Below, piece by piece: positions 20,824-29,864 of a DNA stretch of 64,000 nt. The stretch is from Thermoleophilia bacterium (GTDB taxonomy: Bacteria; Actinomycetota; Thermoleophilia; UBA2241), in NCBI GenBank assembly GCA_040776965.1, contig JAXGZO010000001.1, positions 1,062,275 through 1,126,274 on the forward strand, read 5' to 3'. The notes under the pieces were generated by a model that was not told the origin of the DNA, did not search any database, and worked only from the letters and a program-made list of their open reading frames with translations. Each line of letters starts with the position of its first letter. Positions within the stretch are counted from its first letter, which is position 1. Position numbers and translations under genes: made by a program.

Positions 20824-22332
20824 GTGATGCATGGAGACTTCGGTAGATACATCATCGGGACAAATTCCGAAAGTATTCCATGGAGCAATCGTCCTCTTGG
20901 AGACTATATCTCTCCAGCGCCGGAGGAACGATGGGAAGATTTTTTGCTAACACTATCGATAGAGGCACGGCAAGCACTCAAAGCGTGGGAAGAATCGAAA
21001 ATCACAGACGTGATGAAGTTTAACAGCAGTAAACTACAGAGTGACAACACAGGCGAGCCGAATGAAATCACGCCTCAAGAGCAATACATGGAAGTCCTAC
21101 TACTTAGGCTACTCACGGAGGAGCAACGATCTACGCTTAAGTCTACTAACACCTTAACACAGGATTGCGCTGATAGCTCCTTTGATCTAAGAATTGCACA
21201 GTCGTGGATCTTTTTACGATGCATCCAACTAGGATTGACTAAGGATCGATTTTGGAAGAGCGATAGAGATCATTATTCTACGTTGAGTTATAACGATAAA
21301 TGTAAAATAGAACGCATAGGCAAAAAGTACCAGTGGATAGCGTATTATGAGTTCCTGGGCTTACTCGCCGATAACTATGCCCTGAAGCCGCCTTGGAACT
21401 CAAGTAAATCACCTGAGTACCTTGGTCCATGGCTGGACCTGCTTCGCGACATCGATCCAACGTGTTTGACTGATGGGCTCTCCGATGAGGAGCTTCCCCC
21501 CATCTGCAGCCAGCCCAGATACGATCCAGATGCATTCTCTTTTGATCATGAGAAGTGGCTCCTCACACTTGAGGATCTAATAGATCCCCGCCAGCTAATT
21601 GAGCGCTCCGATGAGAATGGCGAGTCCTGGTTAACCCTCGCTGGATTCTTTGAATGGGAATCTTTATCTGCACCAGGAATAAGCCGTTCCTCAGTCCTAC
21701 ATCGCTATGTCTGCTGCCAACTGCAGGGCTACCTAATACCGATCGAAGAAGCATCTATCTTTATTAGTCTAGCAAGATCACAAAACTTCAAGGAACTATG
21801 GATTCACAGGAATTATTCATCACTTGATGTCTATCTACGAGAATACCCGGATTCCATAGCATTTACCGACATGCTTAAGTCATCAGAAAACGATTCTTCT
21901 TCTCTCAGCGAAGACATGAAAATACCAATACTTGCTGCCACTAATAGCTATTCATCAATCTTAACTGATAGAGATTGCTCGGTTAAGAATCCGTTTACGA
22001 TTACACTTCCTTCATATAAGCTAGTTAAAGAAATGAATATGGTGCAAGGAATCAAAGACGGTAGCTGGACAATTAACGGACAGACCGTTGCATTTGATCC
22101 ATCAGTCGATTCGAAGTCACATAGCATGCTTCTTATTCGTCGATCAAATCTAGAATTTTATCTACAAAAAGCAGGCCTTGCGCTTGTCTGGACTGTAATT
22201 GCCTCTAAGGCGCTTAACGGCAGATGGAATGAGCTCAACGACAGACCAGCAAGAACCGAAGTGAATGCTGTATATAAGATGCAAACCAGGGGTATTACTG
22301 GCCGCATGTGGAAAAGAGAAGCGTCAAGCTAG
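20824..22332 (+). CDS. Hypothetical protein (502 aa); downstream continuation of the interrupted NTPase frame
   Basis: An ORF in low-GC DNA. I recognise no motifs. It is in frame with the upstream NTPase ORF, and its stop coincides with the low-GC/high-GC boundary. Confidence 0.45.
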   Translation: MMHGDFGRYIIGTNSESIPWSNRPLGDYISPAPEERWEDFLLTLSIEARQALKAWEESKITDVMKFNSSKLQSDNTGEPNEITPQEQYMEVLLLRLLTEEQRSTLKSTNTLTQDCADSSFDLRIAQSWIFLRCIQLGLTKDRFWKSDRDHYSTLSYNDKCKIERIGKKYQWIAYYEFLGLLADNYALKPPWNSSKSPEYLGPWLDLLRDIDPTCLTDGLSDEELPPICSQPRYDPDAFSFDHEKWLLTLEDLIDPRQLIERSDENGESWLTLAGFFEWESLSAPGISRSSVLHRYVCCQLQGYLIPIEEASIFISLARSQNFKELWIHRNYSSLDVYLREYPDSIAFTDMLKSSENDSSSLSEDMKIPILAATNSYSSILTDRDCSVKNPFTITLPSYKLVKEMNMVQGIKDGSWTINGQTVAFDPSVDSKSHSMLLIRRSNLEFYLQKAGLALVWTVIASKALNGRWNELNDRPARTEVNAVYKMQTRGITGRMWKREASS

Positions 22333-22334
22333 AA

Positions 22335-23245
22335 CGCAACGCATATCAGAAGGCGCCAGCACTATCCGCGCGTCGTTTGAGCCCTACTACCGCACCACGA
22401 TCCTCAGCGAGGAGACCGACCCCAACAAACTCCACGACCTCAAGGCTGACCTCGACGGCTACCAGATCTACGCCACCGAGGATGTACAAACACTGACGGA
22501 GCGCTACCTCTCCGGCGCCGACCGCGACGAGCTCGACCCTATTCTAGACACCTGCGTCGCCCTCTACACCGAGGAGTTCGACGAGGACGACCAGGTCGAC
22601 TTCAAGAGCAAGGCGAAGGCCTTTATCCGCACCTACGACTTCCTCGCCTCCATCCTCCCCTACGCGAACGTCGAGTGGGAGAAGCTCTCGATCTTCCTCA
22701 ACTTCCTCGTACCCAAACTACCCGCACCGGTGGAGCAGGACCTCGCCAGGGGCATCCTGGAGTCTATCGACATGGAGAGCTACCGCGTAGAGAAGCGGGC
22801 CGCCATCGCCATCGAGCTAGCCGACGAAGACGCGGAGATAGGCCCGGTGCCGGCCCAGGCGGGCGGCCGCCGGGCGGAGCCGGAGCTAGACATCCTCTCC
22901 ACCATTATCGAGGAGTTCAACGACCAGTTCGGCGACATCCCCTGGACCGACGAGGACCGCATACAGCGCCTCATAACGGAGGAGATCCCGCAGAAGGTCG
23001 CCGCCGACCCAGCCTACCGCAACGCGCAGCGCAACAACGACGCGCAAAACGCGCGTATCGAGCACAACAGGGCGCTCGAAAGCGCGATGAGTGAGCTCGT
23101 CAGCGTAAACCTCGAGCTCCTCAAGCACTTCAGCGACAACCCGGGCTTTAAGCGCTGGCTCTCCGACACCACTTTTAACATGACGTATGGAGGACCGCAG
23201 GGCGAGGGGCGTAAAGCGAGACATCTCGCGATCAACCCTGAGTAA
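22335..23245 (+). pseudogene. hsdR: 3' fragment of a Type I restriction enzyme R subunit gene (HsdR C-terminal domain), with the 5' part missing
   Basis: A high-GC frame reading ...IRASFEPYYRTTILSEETDPNKLHDL...KAFIRTYDFLASILPYANVEWEKLSIFLNFLV... resembles the conserved C-terminal (DUF3387-type) region of HsdR. There is no upstream nuclease or helicase part and no proper start. It abuts the AT-rich cassette. Confidence 0.5.
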
Positions 23246-23274
23246 GGAGCCCTTCAATAGACCTCCTCCCCACA

Positions 23275-23829
23275 ATGAAAGCCCGCCACTCGGTGCGCAG
23301 CTTTACGAAGGAGCGCATCGACGACGAGACCAAGGCGGCGCTCCTGCAGGAGATCGCCGTCAAGAACTGCCGTAACTACCTCGCCATCGCCGGCGTGAGC
23401 GGAGCGGATGAGGCCGTGGGGTACTACGGCGAGAGGGTTGTGCTCGCAGCGCAGGCCCTCGGCCTCAACTCGTGCTGGGTGGCGGTCACCTACAGCAAGG
23501 GCAGGGTCCCGTGCAGGCTGGAGGAGGGCGAAAAGCTGCACATCGTGGTCGCCCTCGGCTACGGCACAACGCAGGGCTCCCCCCACAAGAGTAAACGCCT
23601 TGAGGCCGTCTGCGAGGTGGACGACGCCACGCCCGACTGGTTTAAGGCCGGCGTGGAGGCCGCGCTCCTCGCCCCCACGGCGATGAACCAACAGAGGTTC
23701 CACTTCTCGCTCGCGGGCGAAGAGGTGCGCGCAACAGCGGGCGTCGGCTTGTACACAGCCATAGACCTCGGCATCGCGAAGTACCACTTTGAGGCTATCG
23801 CGGGCGCAGACAACGTTAGGTGGGCGTAG
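23275..23829 (+). CDS. Nitroreductase-family protein
   Basis: 184 aa reading MKARHSVRSFTKERIDDETKAALLQEIAV...; the typical nitroreductase N-terminal RxSxRxF motif. Confidence 0.75.
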   Translation: MKARHSVRSFTKERIDDETKAALLQEIAVKNCRNYLAIAGVSGADEAVGYYGERVVLAAQALGLNSCWVAVTYSKGRVPCRLEEGEKLHIVVALGYGTTQGSPHKSKRLEAVCEVDDATPDWFKAGVEAALLAPTAMNQQRFHFSLAGEEVRATAGVGLYTAIDLGIAKYHFEAIAGADNVRWA

Positions 23830-23929
23830 CCCGTACTGCGCGCCTCCCCGCAGAGCCCCGCCCTGCCGCCGCTCCGGCGAGGGTCGGCACGTCTTAATTG
23901 AGCGCCGAGATGAAGCTCCCGCGCAACCC

Positions 23930-24316
23930 CTAGGGAGCGAGCGGAGGCGGCGTAGTCGCCGCAGCACCAGCGGGAGCCACAAGCGGCGAGGAGGAGGCCG
24001 GCGACATGGGCTCAGAGAGCGGCTGGGCGGAGGAGGGGGCAGGGGATAACGCCGAAGGACCACTCGGGACCACGAGTGGCGCCGGGGAGGCGGAGGGTGG
24101 AGCACTCGAGGCGAAAGGCGACACAGGCGAAGCCGAAGCGGTGGGGCGCTCGGCGGAAAAGGGATCCCGCTGAGCGAGCTCGCTAAAGAGTGTGTACCCG
24201 GCGAGAAAACAGAGGGCGACGGCCGCCGCGAAGGCGATGAGCTTAGCGACCGCCTTAAGCACGGCACGGCCTCGCCCGCCGCGCCGGAAAAGCCGAGGGA
24301 GCCCGCTGCGCTCCAT
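23930..24316 (-). CDS. Small membrane-anchored Pro/Ser/Ala-rich protein (hypothetical)
   Basis: 128 aa: a basic N-terminus, one TM helix (LIAFAAAVALCFLAGYTLF), then a PSA-rich low-complexity tail. It is convergent with the nitroreductase. Confidence 0.35.
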   Translation of the reverse strand: MERSGLPRLFRRGGRGRAVLKAVAKLIAFAAAVALCFLAGYTLFSELAQRDPFSAERPTASASPVSPFASSAPPSASPAPLVVPSGPSALSPAPSSAQPLSEPMSPASSSPLVAPAGAAATTPPPLAP

Positions 24317-24500
24317 GAGATTCTTCAGCGTAGATCGCTTCAGGTGCGCCCCTTAGTCGCATCGTTTGCACTCCGCATGCTACCAAACTGGAGAAGCATT
24401 CACCGCTGGGTTAAACTATGCAACTTACACCGTACAACCCTCATCGCCCGGCGCCCGTATGCCGGGCGGCGGGCGTAAACCCGAAACCAGGAGGTACAGC

Positions 24501-25274
24501 GTGAGGGTTGGGCAAATCGGCTTCGGTCGGGCGGGGCGGTGCATCGCTACCGCTTTACTCGGCTCCGCATCGGTAGAGCTCGCTTGGGTGCTCCAGGATG
24601 CCCTCCCCCCGAGCAACCGGTCGGCGACGGAGCTCCTCGGCCTCACCTCGGAGGAGTTCGTACCGCTCCACACCGCACAGCACACGAACGTCGCTGAACT
24701 CCTCGACCGCGAACCCGTCGACGCCATCGTCGACTTCTCCTCGTCGGAGGGCATCTTCGCCTACGGCGATGAGGCGGCGCAAAGGGGCATCACCATCCTC
24801 ACCGCCGTCTCCAGCTACCCGGAGGAGACAATCACTCACCTCACCACACTGGCGGACCGCACCGTCGTACTCCGCTCCCCCAACATCACCCTCGGCGTCA
24901 ACTTCCTCATCATCGCCGCGAAGGCGCTCAAGGGCATCGTGCCCACCGCCGATATCGCGATCGTCGAGGAGCACTTTAAGGGCAAACGAGAAGTCTCGGG
25001 CACCGCCCAGCGAATCGCCAGTGTACTGGAGGTGCCACAAGAGGAGATCAACACGGTGCGGGCGGGCGGCATTGTGGGCGTGCACGAAGTCATCGTCGGC
25101 CTCCCCCATGAGACCGTACGGCTCAAGCACGAGTCGATCTCCCGCGAGGCATTCGGCGCGGGCGTTATCTTCGCCCTCGAGCACCTGCGGGGCAAACCAA
25201 ACGGCCTCTACCGAATGGAGGACCTCCTCCTCCCCCTCCTCCACCAAGCGCTCACAACCACGTCCGCGCTCTAG
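24501..25274 (+). CDS. dapB: 4-hydroxy-tetrahydrodipicolinate reductase-like protein (DapB family)
   Basis: A Rossmann N-terminus VRVGQIGFGRAGR and the DapB signature IAIVEEHFKGKREVSGTAQRIA (E-x-HH-x-K-x-D-x-PSGTA-like). A GTG start is preceded by AGGAGG; ORF 24366..25274. Confidence 0.65.
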   Translation: MRVGQIGFGRAGRCIATALLGSASVELAWVLQDALPPSNRSATELLGLTSEEFVPLHTAQHTNVAELLDREPVDAIVDFSSSEGIFAYGDEAAQRGITILTAVSSYPEETITHLTTLADRTVVLRSPNITLGVNFLIIAAKALKGIVPTADIAIVEEHFKGKREVSGTAQRIASVLEVPQEEINTVRAGGIVGVHEVIVGLPHETVRLKHESISREAFGAGVIFALEHLRGKPNGLYRMEDLLLPLLHQALTTTSAL

Positions 25275-25382
25275 CGCCGGGGGGGGGCGCCGTGGTTTAG
25301 CCACGCGCCCCGGGGGGAACGAGCGACTCATGTATTACGGCGTGCCGACCGAGGCACACCGACGACCGAAGAGGGCAGATTT

Positions 25383-25742
25383 GTGGAAGATGCACCGCAG
25401 TTCAGCGTTACCTACGAGGAGGCCGAAGGCGGCACCGCTGTTCTCTCCCTCACCGGCGAGATCGACATTTACTCAGCTCCCACGTTTAAAGAGGCGCTCA
25501 TCGGCGGCGTCGACGCCGGGGCGCAGCGCATCGTCGTCGACCTCACCCTGGTGAGCTTTATCGATTCAACAGCGCTGGGAGTGCTCGTAAGCGGCGCGAA
25601 GCGCATTCACCTGCGCAACGGCAAGATCGATATTATCTGCCCCGACGAGAGCATTGTGAGGGTCTTCGAGATTACGGGGCTCAACCAAACCTTCAGCATC
25701 TACCCCTCGAAAGAAGCGGCACTCGCGCCCTTGGAGCCTTAA
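25383..25742 (+). CDS. STAS-domain anti-sigma factor antagonist
   Basis: 119 aa reading ...AVLSLTGEIDIYSAPTFKEALIGGVDAGAQRIVVDLTLVSFIDSTALGVLVSGAKRIHLRNGKIDIICP. Confidence 0.7.
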   Translation: MEDAPQFSVTYEEAEGGTAVLSLTGEIDIYSAPTFKEALIGGVDAGAQRIVVDLTLVSFIDSTALGVLVSGAKRIHLRNGKIDIICPDESIVRVFEITGLNQTFSIYPSKEAALAPLEP

Positions 25743-26710
25743 GAGGCCTCCTCGCCCCGCTCCGCAAGCTTAAACTTGCGGTACTTGGGCTCGCGCTCCT
25801 TGAGGATAGAGAGAAGCGGGCTCGCAACGAAGATCGTGGAGTACACACCCGAGATGATGCCGATGGTGAGGGCGAAGGCGAAATCCCTGAGCGTCTCGCC
25901 GCCGAAGAAGAGGAGGCACACCACGGGCAGCAAGCTCATCAACGAGGTGTTGAGCGAGCGAGTGAGCGTCTCCCACAGTGACTTATTGACGATGGAGGCG
26001 TACGGCAGACGGCCGAGCTTGGGCTCGTTCTCCCGAATACGGTCGAAGATGATGACCGTGTCGTAGAGCGAGTACCCCATGATCGTGAGGACCGCAGCGA
26101 TAGTGCCGGTGGTGACGTCGCGCCCGGTGAGAGCGTAGACCCCAATCACGATGAGGAGGTCGTGGAGCTCCGCGGCGATAGCGCCGACCGCGAACTTCCA
26201 CTGAAAGCGGAAGGTAACGTACGCGAGGATGAGTATGAGGGCGATGACGACCGCCTTAAGCGACGAATCCACGATTTGGCGCCCGAAGCTCGCCCCGACG
26301 GTCTCAAGCGCGAAGACCTGGCTACCGCCCTGCGTCGCTATAGTGAACTCGCTATCGAGCGCTTGCTTGAGCTTCGCCTGGGCGTCGGGCGTAATGGACT
26401 CGATCTGAATCTGGTAGCCGGCAGTGGTGGTGCCGGCGATGCGCTCGGTGGCCTGAATCTGAGCATCGTCGTACCCGGCCTTCGCGACGACATCGCGGAG
26501 CTCGCCGAGTGAGGGGTGCTCGACGAAGGCGACGCTGATCCGCGTGCCCTCCTTAAACTCGAGGCCGTAGTTGAGCCCCTGCAGGGGATTGCCTCCGCCG
26601 CGAACGAAGAGGCCGATAAGGCCGACGGCGATGATAACCCCGGAGAGAGCGAACCAGAGCTTTCTGTGACCTATGAAGTCGAAGCTGTAGATGCGGCGCA
26701 GGAAGTTCAC
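25739..26710 (-). CDS. secF: Protein translocase subunit SecF
   Basis: ORF 25739..26842. The SecF-like N-terminus FLRRIYSFDFIGHRKLWFALSGVIIAVGLIGLFVRGG is followed by 6 TM helices. The GTG start chosen at 26710 avoids overlap with secD. Confidence 0.8.
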   Translation of the reverse strand: MNFLRRIYSFDFIGHRKLWFALSGVIIAVGLIGLFVRGGGNPLQGLNYGLEFKEGTRISVAFVEHPSLGELRDVVAKAGYDDAQIQATERIAGTTTAGYQIQIESITPDAQAKLKQALDSEFTIATQGGSQVFALETVGASFGRQIVDSSLKAVVIALILILAYVTFRFQWKFAVGAIAAELHDLLIVIGVYALTGRDVTTGTIAAVLTIMGYSLYDTVIIFDRIRENEPKLGRLPYASIVNKSLWETLTRSLNTSLMSLLPVVCLLFFGGETLRDFAFALTIGIISGVYSTIFVASPLLSILKEREPKYRKFKLAERGEEAS

Positions 26711-26714
26711 CGGG

Positions 26715-28343
26715 TCACCTTCTTCTCTTCTTGCGTGAGGTGGACGTACGGCGCGCCGTCGTCTTTGCGGAACGGGATGCGGCCCCCGAGGAGCTCGAGG
26801 GGCTCGCCGGCGAGGTGGCGGGCGCGGCTTTCGCCTCCGCACGCCGAGCCTGACGGTGCAACGAGGCCGTGCCGTGATCGGTGGCTTCGCTCACGATCTG
26901 GCTGGTCTTGACGCCCATGAAGGCCGGCTTATTGAAGAAGGTGAAGCCGGCGAGCGTGCCGAGCATGGCCCTGGTGAAGAGAATAGCCGTGAACATACTG
27001 GTGAGCGTACCGAGGATGAGGGTGAGCGCGAAGCCCTTCGGCTGCGCGCTCGCGAACACGAAGAGCACACCGGCCGTAAGGATGGTGAGGATGTTGGCGT
27101 CGAGGATGGTGCGGAAGCCCATGGAGTAGCCAGAGTTGACGGCGGAGCGTACCGACTTGCCGCGACGCACCTCCTCTTTAATGCGCTCGAAGATGACGAC
27201 GTTGGCGTCGGCCGCCACGCCGATGGTGAGGATCATACCGGCGATACTGGGGAGCGTGAGCGTAACCGGGATGATGTTGAAGAGCCCCCAGAGGAGGATG
27301 CCGTAGACCAACAGAGCCAGGTCGGCCACCAGCCCGAGGAAGCGGTAGTACACCAGCATGTAGAGGAAGACGAGCCCGAGGCCGATGATGCCCGCGACGA
27401 GGCCCTGCTGTAGGGAGTCCTTGCCGAGCGTCGCCGAGACCTGCTGCTGATACGAAGGGATGAGCTTGACCGGCAGGGCGCCGGTCTTGAGCACGAAGGC
27501 CAAGTCTTTGGAGTCCTGCACCGTCATGGACCCGCCGGAGATGACGGCGCCGCCGGAGATGCCATCCTGCAGGTCGGGCTTGGTGTAGTCGATCATGGGA
27601 TCTGACGACATCTTGCCGTCGAGCACGATAGCGAACGTTTGCTGCTCGTTTTTAAGCAGACCGGCGCGGAAAAGCTCGCGGGTAATGCGCTGGAAGGTCT
27701 TGCTGCCTTGATCCGTGAACTCGATAGAGACCTGCGGCTTGCCGTCTTGGCCGAACCCGGGGACGGCGTTGGAGATGGCGTCGCCGGTCATGGCGGCGGG
27801 GAGCCGGTAGACCGACCAGAACGACTTCTCGTTGCCGTACACGCCCGGAGGGGTCTCGACGAGCACGTATTTGGCGGTGCTCCCGGCCTCGCTGAGCTGC
27901 TTAACCTCGGCGCTGGAGGCGCCCTGCTGGCGGAGCTTCTTGAGGGCGTCGGCCTTGGAGGCGACGGGGCTCACCGGGCGCGACTGCGCGTCGTCTTTAA
28001 AGAAGAGGAGCTGGGCCGTCTTGCCGATGATTGAGAGCGCCTGCTCTTTCTCACGAATGCCCGGCAGCGCCACGGAGATTTGGTTTTTACCCTGGCGCTG
28101 GATCTGGGACTCGGTGACGCCGAGTCCGTTAACGCGACGGTCGAGGATCGCGATGGCTTGATCCATCTGCTCGCTCGTGGGCACGCTGCCGTCTGCGGTC
28201 GTGGCCGTGTAGATGATCTCGAGGCCGCCTTGGAGGTCGAGACCGAGGTGGGTCTTCACCCCCGGAGGCACGATGAAGTACACCGCGACCCCAACGAGGA
28301 TGAGCATAAAGGCGAGAATCAGAAAATTAGCGTGCTTCTTCAC
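26715..28343 (-). CDS. secD: Protein translocase subunit SecD (with a basic low-complexity C-terminal tail)
   Basis: ORF 26715..28397. It has a SecD periplasmic domain and a C-terminal 6-TM bundle. The GTG start at 28343 (VKKHANFLILAF) was chosen. Confidence 0.8.
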   Translation of the reverse strand: MKKHANFLILAFMLILVGVAVYFIVPPGVKTHLGLDLQGGLEIIYTATTADGSVPTSEQMDQAIAILDRRVNGLGVTESQIQRQGKNQISVALPGIREKEQALSIIGKTAQLLFFKDDAQSRPVSPVASKADALKKLRQQGASSAEVKQLSEAGSTAKYVLVETPPGVYGNEKSFWSVYRLPAAMTGDAISNAVPGFGQDGKPQVSIEFTDQGSKTFQRITRELFRAGLLKNEQQTFAIVLDGKMSSDPMIDYTKPDLQDGISGGAVISGGSMTVQDSKDLAFVLKTGALPVKLIPSYQQQVSATLGKDSLQQGLVAGIIGLGLVFLYMLVYYRFLGLVADLALLVYGILLWGLFNIIPVTLTLPSIAGMILTIGVAADANVVIFERIKEEVRRGKSVRSAVNSGYSMGFRTILDANILTILTAGVLFVFASAQPKGFALTLILGTLTSMFTAILFTRAMLGTLAGFTFFNKPAFMGVKTSQIVSEATDHGTASLHRQARRAEAKAAPATSPASPSSSSGAASRSAKTTARRTSTSRKKRRR

Positions 28344-28464
28344 GAAGTAACGACAGCCCTTTCGATAACGACAGTACCCGACGGCGAGCGCCGGCAAGGG
28401 AGTTTACGCTACTCACGCGCAGTAGCGCAAGTGCAACTCCCTTGCACGCGCCCTTAGCCGAATC

Positions 28465-29598
28465 TCAGCGGTCGCGGAGAAAACTCGGAACGTCGAGAAT
28501 GTCGTCGTCGACCTCGAACGACGGCCGCTGCCCGTCGCCGAAGAGCGGCGTGCCCTGCATGCCCCTCTCCTCCGGCCGCTCAGCCACCTCTTCGGCTCGC
28601 TCATCGGAGCGCTCCTTGCGCGAGAACGAGAAGGCGCCGTTGCCCTGCGGTACGCGGTCGAAGCCGGTGGCGATAACCGTGACGCGGACCTCGTCGCCGA
28701 GCGAGGGGTCGATGACGGCGCCGAAGATGATGTTGGACTCGGCGTCGGCCGCACTCGAGATGATCTCGGCGGCCTCGTTGATCTCGAAGAGGCCGAGATC
28801 GTTGCCGCCGGTGATGTTGAGCAGGATGCCGCGGGCGCCCTCGACGCTCGCCTCCAGAAGCGGCGAGCTAATAGCCGCGCGCGCAGCCTCGACGGCACGA
28901 TTCTCGCCGCCGGCCGTGCCGATACCCATGAGGGCGGAGCCGGCGTCTTTCATGATGGTGCGCACGTCCGCGAAGTCGAGGTTGATGAGCCCGGGGACGG
29001 TGATGAGATCGGTGATGCCCTGCACGCCCTGGCGGAGCACATCGTCGGCCACTTTAAAGGCGTCGATAACCGAGGTGCGGCGCTCGACGACGTGGAGCAG
29101 GCGGTCGTTGGGGATGATGATGAGCGTGTCGACCTTCTCGCGGAGCTCCTGAATGCCCTCCTCGGCCTGACGGGAACGACGGTTACCCTCAAAGGCGAAC
29201 GGCCGCGTAACCACACCGACGGTGAGCGCGCCGAGCTCCTTGGCGATCTCGGCGATGACGGGGGCGGCGCCGGTACCGGTACCGCCACCCTTGCCCGCGG
29301 TCACGAAGACCATGTCCGCGCCCTTGAGCGCGTCGCGCAGCTCGTCTTTGCTCTCCATAGCGGACTGAGCGCCAATGCTGGGGTTGGCGCCGGCGCCGAG
29401 GCCGCGGGTGATCTTGCTGCCGATGTGGATTTTAACGTCGGCGTCGCACATCTGCAGCGCCTGGGCATCGGTGTTGACGGCGATAAACTCGACGCCGCGC
29501 AACCCAGCGTCCACCATCCGATTCACGGCGTTTGTACCGCCACCGCCCACACCGACAACCTTGATGACCGCGAGGTAGTTGGCTGAAGCATCGATCAT
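28465..29598 (-). CDS. ftsZ: Cell division GTPase FtsZ
   Basis: Tubulin signature GGGTGTG in [40 protein letters not shown], and a C-terminal [12 protein letters not shown] peptide. The start was set at [11 protein letters not shown]. Confidence 0.9.
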   Translation of the reverse strand: MIDASANYLAVIKVVGVGGGGTNAVNRMVDAGLRGVEFIAVNTDAQALQMCDADVKIHIGSKITRGLGAGANPSIGAQSAMESKDELRDALKGADMVFVTAGKGGGTGTGAAPVIAEIAKELGALTVGVVTRPFAFEGNRRSRQAEEGIQELREKVDTLIIIPNDRLLHVVERRTSVIDAFKVADDVLRQGVQGITDLITVPGLINLDFADVRTIMKDAGSALMGIGTAGGENRAVEAARAAISSPLLEASVEGARGILLNITGGNDLGLFEINEAAEIISSAADAESNIIFGAVIDPSLGDEVRVTVIATGFDRVPQGNGAFSFSRKERSDERAEEVAERPEERGMQGTPLFGDGQRPSFEVDDDILDVPSFLRDR

Positions 29599-29864
29599 GG
29601 TGTTGACCCTCCTGTCGTGGTCGAGACTTCTCGTCACGACTCGTTGCGAGCTCTCGAGCTGGCCTTGAGACTCAATTGCACCTCTCGCCTCTCTCCGGCG
29701 AAAAGGCTCATTTGCTGGTTCTTCCCGGGCCAAGCCCGCCGAAAAGTCGACGATGGCCCGAGTTTGATTTAACAACATACTGAGCGCTCGGGGAGGTGTC
29801 AACACCGAAGCCTCTCATCGGGTAGAGAGTCACCTCGACCTCGGGTTCATATGAGCCTCATCCC

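Larger units (their letters stand above)
18397..22332 (+). pseudogene. Single ~1311-codon reading frame (STAND/P-loop NTPase plus large C-terminal region) split by one in-frame TGA. Candidate nonsense pseudogene or stop read-through
   Basis: The stop of ORF 18397..20697 (TGA at 20695-97) and the start of ORF 20824..22332 are in the same frame. All 42 intervening codons (ESAKPPYGSPFPKNVPSKDEIKKKYADNKDPVSNYKSIWYSV) are open in AT-rich DNA. Confidence 0.5.

Noticed and set aside
22265-23245. ORF 22265..23245 taken as an intact 326-aa gene starting with MLYIRCKPG.
   Set aside because: Its first ~23 codons lie inside the AT-rich gene 20824..22332 in another frame. The HsdR-like homology starts only in the GC-rich part. 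It is better treated as a truncated hsdR remnant with a fortuitous upstream ATG.
23254-24267. Minus-strand ORF 23254..24267 (337 aa) covering the nitroreductase gene in antisense.
   Set aside because: It has a Pro/Arg-rich low-complexity translation antisense to a well-conserved nitroreductase. It is a high-GC artefact.
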